From Candidatus Gallitreponema excrementavium (GTDB lineage: Bacteria; Spirochaetota; Spirochaetia; Treponematales; Treponemataceae): a stretch of 64,000 nt of DNA. Location of the stretch: contig JADIMM010000080.1 in the NCBI GenBank assembly GCA_017694795.1, positions 13,217-77,216 on the forward strand. The letters run 5' to 3'. The notes beneath the pieces are model-generated. The model was not told where the DNA came from. It searched no databases and was given only the letters and a program-made list of their open reading frames with translations. Below, one piece after another: positions 7,214 to 16,080 of this stretch; position 1 is the first letter of the stretch; each line of letters opens with the position of its first letter. The translations under genes and the position numbers were made by a program.

Positions 7214-10200
7214 TCAGTTATATACGAAATATCCGGAAACATCACTTCGGAAATCTCCTGTTTGGTTGTTGTAATTCACCGTGTAAGTTCCACCTCCATT
7301 CCTCATGGAATCAATGGTTACAGTTCCCTGATACATGGTTACTTCATTATCATTACATTGCAGAGTTAAAGTAGTAGGACTTGATTTTCCACCACTTGCT
7401 TCTCCTCCAATCCCGGCACAAACAGCTCCATACCAACGAGGTTTATTCCATGTTGCAGTAGCATATCCATACAATGTACCTGAAATTTTCAAAAAATACT
7501 TTGCTCCATTATTAAACTCAAAAGTTCTATTGTAGCCAATATTCCATTTAGTAACAGTACAATATCTTGAATCATAGGTTGAATCTGCAATAGATATTGC
7601 AGAGGCTGTTGCAAACTCCTTTGCCGTTATCTGCCTTGCCCCCCAGATACTGTCGTCGTCTCCCAACACAGCGGTTATTTCGGTTTCAACCCCGTCACTG
7701 TCTTTTATGGTGCGGACTGCTTCTATCTTGTAATAGTGCTTGTAGTCCCGCAGGACTTTCAATAACCCTCCGTGGACATCACCGGAGAAAACAGGGGTAA
7801 ACCGAAGCCCGGAACCGGAAACGGTAACATTTATATCAGACACATTTACAGCCGGGGTACCGTAACTTTCCTTGTTTACCGGTATGGTGGCTACAAGATT
7901 GTAGTTTCCGTCAATATTGTTATTCTTTACATACACCTTGTATTTTTCAGGACCGTTTTTCCTTTCAGTCCAGTTATAAGGAGTAATGGAAAGCTCTTCT
8001 GCAAAGGTAGATGCCCCGCCGTCTTTTATGTCTGTTTTGCTGGCTTCTGCCCCCACAACGGAGAAGAAATACCCCTTATTGGCAGGTTCATCCAGGGAAG
8101 AGTCCCCCTTTTGTGCTTCTGTGTAAGCTGCCAAAGGAGAATAAGTAAAGCCGGAGCTTCCGTCAGGAACGTATTTAACAACATAGTCATAGGCCTTGTT
8201 TCTGTTTGCCCCATCCCCACTTAAATGAACAGTAGCCTTGCTTCCCTCTGTTTCAAAATCAGCCTGGGAGTAGGTAGTCCAGGATGTTTCAGACATACCG
8301 GATTCCACCCTTAAAAGCACAGGCTTTAAAGTCCCGGTTCCTCCCATGTAGGGCTTTGTCCAGGTAACGGTAACGGTGTCGGCACTTTCCGCCTTTGTGG
8401 CTTTAACATCAAGGCCGTACCCAATGGCGGAACCTACAACATAATTTTTATCTGCATCCAAAAAGACAACGTCGTCTACAGTACAAAGGCTTATATTTTC
8501 CCCGTCCCGGCTGAATACAGGAACACTTGTTTTTACAGGGATAACCTGGTAACGGTAGGGATATCCCCAGCCCAGTTTATCCTGTTCAATACGGAATTTC
8601 CGGGTCGGATCATCCAGGTCAACATCCGTAGAGTCAGTATAGGTATCAGAAAGGGTAAAAACACCTTCACCGGCGGCAACCGAAGAAACAGGTGTCACAT
8701 CCTGCCCCACTACGGTCAAATTCTGCGTATCCACATCGTAAAAATAAACGAATTCCCCGTCTGAACTTCTTGAATCATCGGAATTGGATGCCCCGTACCG
8801 GGTCCTGGCAATAAGGTATCCGGTGGCTCCGGGAACTTCTTTCCAGCTTACATCTATACTGTTTTCATTTGCGGCAATTGTAGCTGTTGTTCCGGCTGCT
8901 GCAGGACCCAGGGTATATACAACGGTTTTTCCCTCTGTGTAAACATTTTCCAGATTTTCGTTAAGAGCCTTAACGGTGACTTCAACATTCCTTCCGGAAA
9001 ATTCCATGTAGTCATAACCGATAGGTTTTTCAAAAGTACAAGAAAGGGTATTTACTACACCGGGATCCCCATCTTCCTTTGCAACAGGAATTATTTTAGT
9101 ATCTGCCTCATAAGCCTGTGCAAAGGTAATAAATTCACCATCCCTCATTACCTTTGTATTTTCAGAAACACCTGGATACTTATAAGAAACCACATAGGAG
9201 GTTGCCTTCTCAATTTCAGGCCAGGAAACAGAAAGAGAATTCTGCGAAACCGTTACACTATCAAAGGTTACACCGGGAGTTCCAAGGGTATAAAAAACCT
9301 GGTCAAAGCTATAAGGAACCCCAATTTTTCCCTTACTGTCAACAGGCGTTATTTTAAATCTAAGGGCATCCCCGCTTTTTACGGTATAATTGCCGTCATC
9401 GGTGGCGGTAAATGAGAACACATACTCCTCAGAAGTTCCTTCACTGCCTGATTCCGAAACATCAGTTGCCTTAATTTCGGTTATAAGCTTATATGAATCT
9501 TCATCTTCTGTGTCCAGCCTGTATTCAAGCCTGTAAGTATTTACAGGATACCTGGTAAAGCCGATTTCAAATTTGTCAACAAACCCATCCCGGACAAAGG
9601 CGTTTTCAACCATAAGGGGATTAAGGTCTTCGACTATGTAACGGCTGTTGGAAGACTTTATTTCTTCGCTCCAACCGCTTTTTTTGTTGGTGATTTTTAC
9701 TACAAAACTGTAATTCCCCTCACCTTCCGGCAACTCGACATTATAGAAAGATTCTTCCAGTTGGGAACGGGTTAGTCCAGTACTTAACTGAACTGTCTCG
9801 GCAGGTTCTATCAATACTCCGGAAACAGGATCTATTTTATTAACAGAATAGGACAAATCAAAAGCATAATCATCATCAAGCCCTTTTGCATCAAAATCCA
9901 GCGTTCCCTGAAGCATAGCCATTATATGTACACCGGCTTTCGTATCATCTGTGTATACAACATTCTTCATCTGATAGGATGCGGTGGAAACAGGCCATCC
10001 TGTACCGGCTTGAGACGACAAATCCGAGGTTACCAGATTTGATACATTATCAGCATAGGACTGCACTTTATAAACATATTGCCGCCCCCTTTCTACATTT
10101 GTATCTTCCCAGACAACAGAAGCCCCTGGTTTATATGGTGAGTCCGGAGTGTCAGGTGTATATTGCCCTGCAAAACAGATTCCACTCTCGCCGGCATTGG

Positions 10201-11110
10201 CTTCATAGGCTCCAAAGTACGAACAGACGGGAATATAGGATGAATCTTCTTCGTCCACAAGTTTTCTGTATATTTTAAAGTACAAGGGCTTTTGCTCATA
10301 TACATTTTTTTCGACAGCAACATCCACCATTCCAGGCAGATTAAAAGAAACAGAAACCTTGTCACTGTACAAGCCTTGGGAAACAGTAAGACTTTCCGGT
10401 GCATCAGGACGGAGCCTCCGTGCAGTCTGGGCTGTCATGGCATCGCTTTCCTCAACCAGAGACTGATCTGTCACATTGTAGGCTTCTACCTGATACAAAT
10501 AGGTGGTATTGGGAACCAGTCCGGAAACCAAAGCTTCTGTTTTGCCGGAAGAAACAGAAATACGCAACTGCTCCTTTCCCGAAGAATCAAGACATACAAC
10601 GTCATAGCGGACGTTGTCACTATAGGCATCCAGGTTATTCATGTACCAGTAAACTGTCACACTGGTATCACCAGCCTCCGAATCCCCCACAATATCACTT
10701 ATTACAGGCCTTGCAAGGCTTGTTCCCCTTACTGCTGTGGAAAAAGATGACTCTTTACCGTTAATATCCACCGCCTTGAGTTTAAAATAGGCATCTGTCC
10801 CGGCTGAAACCACAACTGAATAAGAGGCGGTAGAATCCGATGTTTCCCCTATTTGAACATAATTACTGAAAGGAGTATCAGCTTTGTATATGTAATATCG
10901 TACAGCCTTTTTTACGGGAGTCCATTGTAAATCTATTTTACCTTTCAGTCCCTGACTTGCAGTAACCCCCTGGGGAGCCCCCCAGGCACTTCCAACATCA
11001 ATCAGACTTCCGGTACCAAGATCAGGCCTTGGAAGAAGATTGTTCTTGCATCCTGCAAGGCACAAAAACAATATACCGAATATACAAATACTTCTTAGAA
11101 CATTTTTCAT
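7214..11110 (-). CDS. Giant fibronectin type III repeat lipoprotein (about 1298 aa)
   Basis: The ORF track gives 7214..11155. The preferred start is ATG 11110 (MKNVLRSICIFGILFLCLAGC lipobox), preceded by an AGGAG SD. FN3-like modules recur throughout (IDLQWTPVKKAVRYYIYKA, VSWKEVPGATGYLIART and others). Confidence 0.7.
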   Translation of the reverse strand: MKNVLRSICIFGILFLCLAGCKNNLLPRPDLGTGSLIDVGSAWGAPQGVTASQGLKGKIDLQWTPVKKAVRYYIYKADTPFSNYVQIGETSDSTASYSVVVSAGTDAYFKLKAVDINGKESSFSTAVRGTSLARPVISDIVGDSEAGDTSVTVYWYMNNLDAYSDNVRYDVVCLDSSGKEQLRISVSSGKTEALVSGLVPNTTYLYQVEAYNVTDQSLVEESDAMTAQTARRLRPDAPESLTVSQGLYSDKVSVSFNLPGMVDVAVEKNVYEQKPLYFKIYRKLVDEEDSSYIPVCSYFGAYEANAGESGICFAGQYTPDTPDSPYKPGASVVWEDTNVERGRQYVYKVQSYADNVSNLVTSDLSSQAGTGWPVSTASYQMKNVVYTDDTKAGVHIMAMLQGTLDFDAKGLDDDYAFDLSYSVNKIDPVSGVLIEPAETVQLSTGLTRSQLEESFYNVELPEGEGNYSFVVKITNKKSGWSEEIKSSNSRYIVEDLNPLMVENAFVRDGFVDKFEIGFTRYPVNTYRLEYRLDTEDEDSYKLITEIKATDVSESGSEGTSEEYVFSFTATDDGNYTVKSGDALRFKITPVDSKGKIGVPYSFDQVFYTLGTPGVTFDSVTVSQNSLSVSWPEIEKATSYVVSYKYPGVSENTKVMRDGEFITFAQAYEADTKIIPVAKEDGDPGVVNTLSCTFEKPIGYDYMEFSGRNVEVTVKALNENLENVYTEGKTVVYTLGPAAAGTTATIAANENSIDVSWKEVPGATGYLIARTRYGASNSDDSRSSDGEFVYFYDVDTQNLTVVGQDVTPVSSVAAGEGVFTLSDTYTDSTDVDLDDPTRKFRIEQDKLGWGYPYRYQVIPVKTSVPVFSRDGENISLCTVDDVVFLDADKNYVVGSAIGYGLDVKATKAESADTVTVTWTKPYMGGTGTLKPVLLRVESGMSETSWTTYSQADFETEGSKATVHLSGDGANRNKAYDYVVKYVPDGSSGFTYSPLAAYTEAQKGDSSLDEPANKGYFFSVVGAEASKTDIKDGGASTFAEELSITPYNWTERKNGPEKYKVYVKNNNIDGNYNLVATIPVNKESYGTPAVNVSDINVTVSGSGLRFTPVFSGDVHGGLLKVLRDYKHYYKIEAVRTIKDSDGVETEITAVLGDDDSIWGARQITAKEFATASAISIADSTYDSRYCTVTKWNIGYNRTFEFNNGAKYFLKISGTLYGYATATWNKPRWYGAVCAGIGGEASGGKSSPTTLTLQCNDNEVTMYQGTVTIDSMRNGGGTYTVNYNNQTGDFRSDVSGYFVYN

Positions 11111-11142
11111 GGAATACAATCTCCTGATTTTTTCACTCCGGG

Positions 11143-11961
11143 TCATCTTGAACATAAAACTGTTTCAAAAAACACACCTTCATAATTCTGCTTGTTAAGA
11201 AACGGGGAACAACCGGCTCCATCCTCCGAAAACACAGCCGTCCTCCTGTTTTTATCCTTTACCCCGGGGAGAAAATCCACCCCGCCGGTTCTGATCATTG
11301 CTTCCTTATATTCATTATAAAGCACAACCTTTCCGGACTGAGTTACAAACCCAATCGGGTCATTTTCGTAAAAAAAACTGGTTTTACACAGGGGAATTCC
11401 TTCAACCGGTACATAGGCACATGGAACTTCCCTCCCGAATTTCTTCTCCGTTTTGGAAATACCACCGTATGCAAAAACCAGTTTTGAATACGTATCCACG
11501 GCAAAAATGTAATTGTCCAAAGATACCCCCATACCAAGGATTTTTGCATCACCCTTGAACTGATAAAACCTGAACCGCTCTATAAAGTCCCCGGGATAAG
11601 AATCCATTCCTTCCGGAAAAAGTGGATTCCAACCACAATATACTGTTATTTCAACATCGGAGACAGTTATTTTTTCAGGAAAAGAAATTCCGGTAGCAAC
11701 AGTATTCTGATCTTTGGTTCCGTCCATTACGGCCTTATTCTCCGAAAGGTAAACCCATTCCCTGCCATCCTGAGGCATAAAAAAAACATAACATGGAATG
11801 TTATCAGCATCATAGGAAGCTTTTACAAACCAGTTGTCGAATACAGCTGCATCGAAACCACCACAAAAAGGAGAATTCCAATCCAAGTAATACGAATCAG
11901 AAACCTGGGCATGAATTTGAAACAAAAGAAAAACAAAAAATACAAAACAAAGTTTCTTCAT
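11143..11961 (-). CDS. Secreted protein of unknown function; first gene of the FN3 operon
   Basis: 272 aa with signal peptide MKKLCFVFFVFLLFQIHAQ and an AGGAGG SD upstream. I recognise no motif. Confidence 0.55.
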   Translation of the reverse strand: MKKLCFVFFVFLLFQIHAQVSDSYYLDWNSPFCGGFDAAVFDNWFVKASYDADNIPCYVFFMPQDGREWVYLSENKAVMDGTKDQNTVATGISFPEKITVSDVEITVYCGWNPLFPEGMDSYPGDFIERFRFYQFKGDAKILGMGVSLDNYIFAVDTYSKLVFAYGGISKTEKKFGREVPCAYVPVEGIPLCKTSFFYENDPIGFVTQSGKVVLYNEYKEAMIRTGGVDFLPGVKDKNRRTAVFSEDGAGCSPFLNKQNYEGVFFETVLCSR

Positions 11962-12010
11962 GCTGTCCTTACCTCCTGAATATTACATATTTTTAAAATA
12001 TGTCAAGATA

Positions 12011-12039
12011 ATAATAGTCCCAGCATGTAAAAGTTTCAA
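12011..12039 (-). promoter_or_regulatory. Candidate sigma70-type promoter for the FN3 envelope operon
   Basis: The minus strand reads TTGAAA-N17-TATTAT. A second TTGACA lies immediately downstream at 12001..12006. The ATG is at 11961. Confidence 0.35.
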
Positions 12040-12076
12040 TCAAGGGATAAAAAAAATAACCGGGTTATAAAAAAAA

Positions 12077-12110
12077 ATAACCAGGTACAACAGAATTTGT
12101 ACCTGGTTAT
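12077..12110. terminator. Perfect 14-bp-stem hairpin, bidirectional-terminator-like, between divergent promoters
   Basis: ATAACCAGGTACAA-cagaat-TTGTACCTGGTTAT. On the minus strand it is followed by a T8 run. A smaller palindrome ATAACCGGGTTAT at 12056..12068 shares the same outer arms. Confidence 0.5.
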
Positions 12111-12158
12111 TAGAAATTTTGGAGATTCAAGTTTCTATTTTTTTTAATTTTTTTATTA

Positions 12159-12187
12159 TTTACTTTGGCAGTAATAGAGTTTATAAT
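12159..12187 (+). promoter_or_regulatory. Candidate sigma70 promoter of the membrane LuxR-type regulator
   Basis: TTTACT-N17-TATAAT, about 48 nt upstream of ATG 12236. Confidence 0.45.
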
Positions 12188-12235
12188 AGTATGACAGTGG
12201 AAATTACGGACAGTACTGTTTTTCAAGAGGAATAA

Positions 12236-13054
12236 ATGGCACAAAACAACAAATACATAGCAGAGAGGGTATACAGCGGAGTCATCATTTTTCTTTGCCT
12301 TTTTCTTCTGGCAGTAAACATTATAATTGCATTTCCTGTTTTTTCGCCTAAAAACATAGCAGTGTTTGCAGCCTTGGGGCTTGTTTGTCTCAGCTGTCTT
12401 ATTTTTATAATCCGCCCCAAATGGTGGCCCTGCCTGGTAATCCCCCATTATCTTTTTTCACTAGGGGCTGCATTTTTAGGTATGATAGAACTTTCAGCCC
12501 TTACAGCATTGGCAGCGTTCGGATTGGCACTGATAAGGGGTTTTTTTCTGGAACACTGGAAAATAAAGGTTGGAATCGCAGTGGGGGTCTACCTTGCATT
12601 TATACTGACCCAGTTCAGGTTTTCTGTTATAACCGTATTCAGCACCCTGGCCTGCTCGATTTTTTTGTGCGGCATCCTGGTTGTTCTTGTCCTGGAACTG
12701 AGGGATTCGATAAGGGATGTCCTCCCTCCGGAAATCAGGATACCTGAAAAACCGGATTTAAAATCCGAGCTTATGCTTTGTGAGTATGATTTGAGCCAGA
12801 GAGAACTTTATGCCCTTTATGCAGTACTTTTCGGAAAAACATATTCCCAAATAGGGGAAACACTGTTCTGTTCTACTTCGACAGTAAAACAGATGATGCG
12901 TAAAATATACCAGCAGTTTGGGGTTTCAGACCGCTACCACTTTATTGATTTGGTTTCCCAGTACAAAATCGTACCACCCGACTGGTACAGGGTTCCTGAA
13001 GAATTTTCAGGAGAAATCCTGTTGCCAAAAGAAAAATCACCTGAAGATGAATAA
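12236..13054 (+). CDS. Polytopic membrane protein with a C-terminal LuxR/GerE-type HTH
   Basis: 272 aa with an AGAGGA SD. About 5 hydrophobic segments occupy the first 165 aa. The C-terminus LSQRELYALYAVLFGKTYSQIGETLFCSTSTVKQMMRKIYQQFGVSDRYHFIDLV matches the GerE/LuxR HTH pattern. Confidence 0.65.
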   Translation: MAQNNKYIAERVYSGVIIFLCLFLLAVNIIIAFPVFSPKNIAVFAALGLVCLSCLIFIIRPKWWPCLVIPHYLFSLGAAFLGMIELSALTALAAFGLALIRGFFLEHWKIKVGIAVGVYLAFILTQFRFSVITVFSTLACSIFLCGILVVLVLELRDSIRDVLPPEIRIPEKPDLKSELMLCEYDLSQRELYALYAVLFGKTYSQIGETLFCSTSTVKQMMRKIYQQFGVSDRYHFIDLVSQYKIVPPDWYRVPEEFSGEILLPKEKSPEDE

Positions 13055-13090
13055 AATCCAGGAAAAATCATGAAAAAGAGGAGTTTTTGC

Positions 13091-13141
13091 TTGACATACT
13101 TGTTAGTTTATACTAACTTATTTGTGTTAGTTACAACTAAC
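13091..13141 (+). promoter_or_regulatory. Promoter with two tandem palindromic operator-like sites
   Basis: TTGACA at 13091..13096, N17, then TAACTT at 13114..13119. Palindromes: GTTAGT-TTAT-ACTAAC at 13102..13117 and GTTAGT-TACA-ACTAAC at 13126..13141. Confidence 0.5.
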
Positions 13142-13207
13142 TTTATTAAGTAACTCTCCTAAAATACTTAGTAAACGGTTCAACCGGAAAAACCGGAAGG
13201 AGGATTC

Positions 13208-13777
13208 ATGAGTATCGAACAGCTTTTGGCCTATCACTGTGGTCCTGCATTAACCGGGTTAAAACCCTCTAACCTGGTAAGCTGCACTAAATACAGTACC
13301 AGAGATGTAATTGAAAAAAACATTCTGCTGAACAAGAGCTGTAATACTTACGGGGTATACTTTCATCCAATCGTCAGGCCTAAGGGTTCCGTCCTTATTT
13401 TTGTTTACAATAAACCTTTATTGGAACAAACCCTTAAAAATCCCAAGGCCATGAAGATTCTGGACAAAGAAGGATATACCCCTGAATCTTCCCTCGAGGA
13501 CAAAATCAAATTCCTAGAGAAGAGAATAAATTCAAGCCCGGACTTTCCCCACGAAATCGGGCTTTTCTTAGGGTATCCCGCTTCCGATGTTGCAGGATTT
13601 ATCAAAAACAAAGGGGAAAATTACAAACTTTGCGGATACTGGAAAGTTTACGGAAACAAGCGAAAGGCAAGACGCCTTTTTCGCAGGTATAACAGGTGCA
13701 GAAAGGACTGCCTCTTTCTTGTAACCGGAGGTAGACCGTTGGAAACCCTATGCCTGCTAAATAATAAAGCTGTATAA
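13208..13777 (+). CDS. DUF3793-like protein
   Basis: 189 aa. LAYHCGPALTGLKPSNLVSC and FPHEIGLFLGYPASDVAGFI...YWKVYG resemble the DUF3793 family as I recall it. GGAGG SD. Confidence 0.55.
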   Translation: MSIEQLLAYHCGPALTGLKPSNLVSCTKYSTRDVIEKNILLNKSCNTYGVYFHPIVRPKGSVLIFVYNKPLLEQTLKNPKAMKILDKEGYTPESSLEDKIKFLEKRINSSPDFPHEIGLFLGYPASDVAGFIKNKGENYKLCGYWKVYGNKRKARRLFRRYNRCRKDCLFLVTGGRPLETLCLLNNKAV

Positions 13778-13788
13778 CAGGAGGTTCT

Positions 13789-14208
13789 ATGAAAGCAGCA
13801 GTAATATATACAAGTTTAACCGGAAATACGGAAATTATGGCAGAATGTATTTACAAAGCCTACCGGGAAAAAAACGGACCTGAATCGGCAGAACTATTTC
13901 CTGCCGGTTCCATTACACCTGACAAGGCCCTTGACTACGGGATTCTGATTTTAGGCTGTCCTGCAATGGGGTCAGAAGTACTGGAAGAAGAAATCTTTGA
14001 GCCGTTTTTTTCCGGTATTGAACCAGGAATTAAAGGAAAAAAAGTTGCACTTTTTGGCTCTTACGGCTGGGGAGACGGACAGTGGATGAGAGACTGGGAA
14101 GAACGGTGCAGGGCCGCAGGAGCAGAAGTAGCTGAAACCCTCATTGTCCATGAAACTCCGGAGCCACAGGATCTTGAAAAATGTGTTGAATTTGCCGGAA
14201 AAATTTAA
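13789..14208 (+). CDS. Short-chain flavodoxin
   Basis: 139 aa. MKAAVIYTSLTGNTE (the T/S-x-T-G-x-T FMN phosphate loop) and GSYGWGDG. It lies 11 nt after the DUF3793 gene. Confidence 0.8.
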   Translation: MKAAVIYTSLTGNTEIMAECIYKAYREKNGPESAELFPAGSITPDKALDYGILILGCPAMGSEVLEEEIFEPFFSGIEPGIKGKKVALFGSYGWGDGQWMRDWEERCRAAGAEVAETLIVHETPEPQDLEKCVEFAGKI

Positions 14209-14217
14209 ATTTCCAAG

Positions 14218-14258
14218 ACAGCTGCCCTGCAAATAAAAATTACACAACGGGCAGCTGT
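14218..14258. terminator. Hairpin between convergent genes
   Basis: ACAGCTGCCC-N21-GGGCAGCTGT, a 10-bp perfect stem that overlaps the stop of the minus-strand gene. Confidence 0.45.
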
Positions 14259-15109
14259 TAATTCCATAAGTAATACCGGTGTATACCCCTTAAAAGCAAA
14301 ACAGTTCCAAGAACATAAAAAACCACTGCAATACAGACTATAACAAGGGAAGATGTAAGCAAAAGTCCGAGATATCCCAAAAACAGAAACAAAATTCCCC
14401 AGGCAGCTTTCCTGAATTCACCGGAAGTCTGGGCCTCAGTAGAACAATAAAAGGAAAAGAATGCAGCTCCTACACATAAAGCATAGAGAACAAAAAACAT
14501 GGATAAATAACCGGGTTTATGAATAAGACATTCAGTCCACATTCCGGTATCAAATGGTATATACAAGGCGAAAAAAAAGGAAATAGCTATTATTGAGGAA
14601 ATAATCTTTCCGGTTTGGGAAGAATTGCTTTGGGAACTAAAAATTCCGGTTCCAGCCAGTGCCAGCATTCCAAGAATACGGGAAAAAAGCAATATACGGG
14701 ACACAGAAAGAAGCAAATCCGGTGAAAGAGTATACAAAGCCTGAAAAGGAAAAACCATCCGGAAAACCTCCAGCACTGAAAAAACAGAAAAGAGAACATA
14801 AAAACTTATTTCCGAAGTCTGGGTTTTTTGAAACAAATTAACCACAAACAGGGAAGAAACAATTCCCCCTAACCCCAGAAACAACCCTGCCCCCATGGAA
14901 ACCCAGATTGAATTAAAGGGAACAAACCACCCCCATAATTTTCCGTTGTAAACAGGTAACAAACGGGAAACCTTATCAAAATTTATCAAACACAAAACAA
15001 AAAGGAACACACCAAGAAGAAACAGAACACTGCTCAATATAATTCCTGTAATTATCAATATATTTCTGTTTTTTATCGTCATACGGAATAATAATACATG
15101 GAAAACCAA
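14258..15109 (-). CDS. Polytopic membrane protein of unknown function
   Basis: 283-aa ORF, hydrophobic throughout. The track start is a TTG. An in-frame ATG at 15082 (MTIKNRN) is an alternative start. Confidence 0.5.
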   Translation of the reverse strand: MVFHVLLFRMTIKNRNILIITGIILSSVLFLLGVFLFVLCLINFDKVSRLLPVYNGKLWGWFVPFNSIWVSMGAGLFLGLGGIVSSLFVVNLFQKTQTSEISFYVLFSVFSVLEVFRMVFPFQALYTLSPDLLLSVSRILLFSRILGMLALAGTGIFSSQSNSSQTGKIISSIIAISFFFALYIPFDTGMWTECLIHKPGYLSMFFVLYALCVGAAFFSFYCSTEAQTSGEFRKAAWGILFLFLGYLGLLLTSSLVIVCIAVVFYVLGTVLLLRGIHRYYLWN

Positions 15110-15320
15110 GTATTTTCAATCTTAGAAAATTTGACTTTATAGTGGTAAAGCGACAGGTAAAAATTCTTTCCCAGGGATGCCCGGATACCGGTTTTAAGCC
15201 GCAACGCATTGAATGCAGCAGAAGATTTATCCGGAAATAAAACACTATCAAGTTTTAATGGCTGATACCGATAAAACAAGTGAGATACTGAAAAGATTTA
15301 TTTGGAGGAGGAATAATATA

Positions 15321-16007
15321 GTGAAGAAGACACTTCTGACAGTTTTAATATCATTGTTTTCACTGTCTGTTTTTTGCGGTGATTTGGCAACCTTTGTTGA
15401 CCTTGGATTTTCAAAAGACGGGAAAAAGTATATGTTCGGGCAGTACGGAGTAACAGACTCAGAAATCCAGGGATATGCAGAAATATATATTGTGGATGTT
15501 GAAAAAAATGAATATGTAGAAGGCGGGGTTTTCAGAAGGTTACCTTCAAAAGAAACCGAAGGAAAAGACGGCAAGGGACTTTTCAATATGCTGATCAGTG
15601 CAGCAGATGGAAAGGCAAAAGCTATGGGAATCGACTACTCCGATACAGGAAAACCGCTTTTTGTTCTTGCAGATGCAGCAGATGAGGGAAAAAACATTTC
15701 CTTCAGAGACTTTGAAAAAAAGAGAAATTTTGAAATGAACCTGAAATCCAGTGTATACGGAAAGGATTCAAAGGTACTTTCATCATTCTACATAGATACA
15801 AGAATCTTTGATGAATATGGAAATGAAATATTTTCCGGTAAGGTTGGAAATCCAGACTACCAAAGAAAGAATGTCTCGGATTATGAAATCCGGCGGGTAA
15901 TAACAAATAAAACCGGAAATTCCGTAGTCTGCATAATTGAAAAAAAAGAATATGACAGGAACGGGCCATCCTCCCGCTTTATGGTGGAAACTTTTACCAT
16001 TAATTAG
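15321..16007 (+). CDS. Secreted protein of unknown function
   Basis: The ORF track starts at 15213. I prefer GTG 15321 (VKKTLLTVLISLFSLSVFCGD signal peptide), because a GGAGGAGG SD lies 9 nt upstream. TAG stop at 16005..16007. Confidence 0.5.
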   Translation: MKKTLLTVLISLFSLSVFCGDLATFVDLGFSKDGKKYMFGQYGVTDSEIQGYAEIYIVDVEKNEYVEGGVFRRLPSKETEGKDGKGLFNMLISAADGKAKAMGIDYSDTGKPLFVLADAADEGKNISFRDFEKKRNFEMNLKSSVYGKDSKVLSSFYIDTRIFDEYGNEIFSGKVGNPDYQRKNVSDYEIRRVITNKTGNSVVCIIEKKEYDRNGPSSRFMVETFTIN

Positions 16008-16036
16008 TTAAAAAAGATATAAAATCCTCCTGTAAG

Positions 16037-16080
16037 GTGTACCCCTTGGAATCACAGATTTTATTGGGGTACACTTTTTA
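16037..16080 (+). terminator. Rho-independent terminator candidate
   Basis: GTGTACCCC-N20-GGGGTACAC followed by TTTTTA. Confidence 0.5.

Noticed and set aside
5056-7560. Considered whether the similar C-termini of the two FN3 proteins are a DGR variable-repeat/template-repeat pair.
   Set aside because: There is no reverse transcriptase in the window. The similarity is only at amino-acid level, and nucleotide differences are not confined to adenines.
5425-10764. Several 60-150-aa plus-strand ORFs (for example 5425..5871, 7772..8224, 10292..10750, 10399..10764) lie antisense to the FN3 lipoprotein genes.
   Set aside because: They lie entirely inside long, well-supported minus-strand genes. 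They have no SD or signal features and have odd composition (Arg/Cys/His-rich). They are typical shadow ORFs.
12110-12448. 112-aa and 65-aa minus-strand ORFs lie opposite the LuxR-type gene, which raised the idea that the 12077..12110 terminator belongs to them.
   Set aside because: The translations are Lys/Asn/Cys-rich with no motif, and they overlap the better-supported plus-strand membrane/HTH gene. An untranslated antisense RNA remains possible and is noted under findings.
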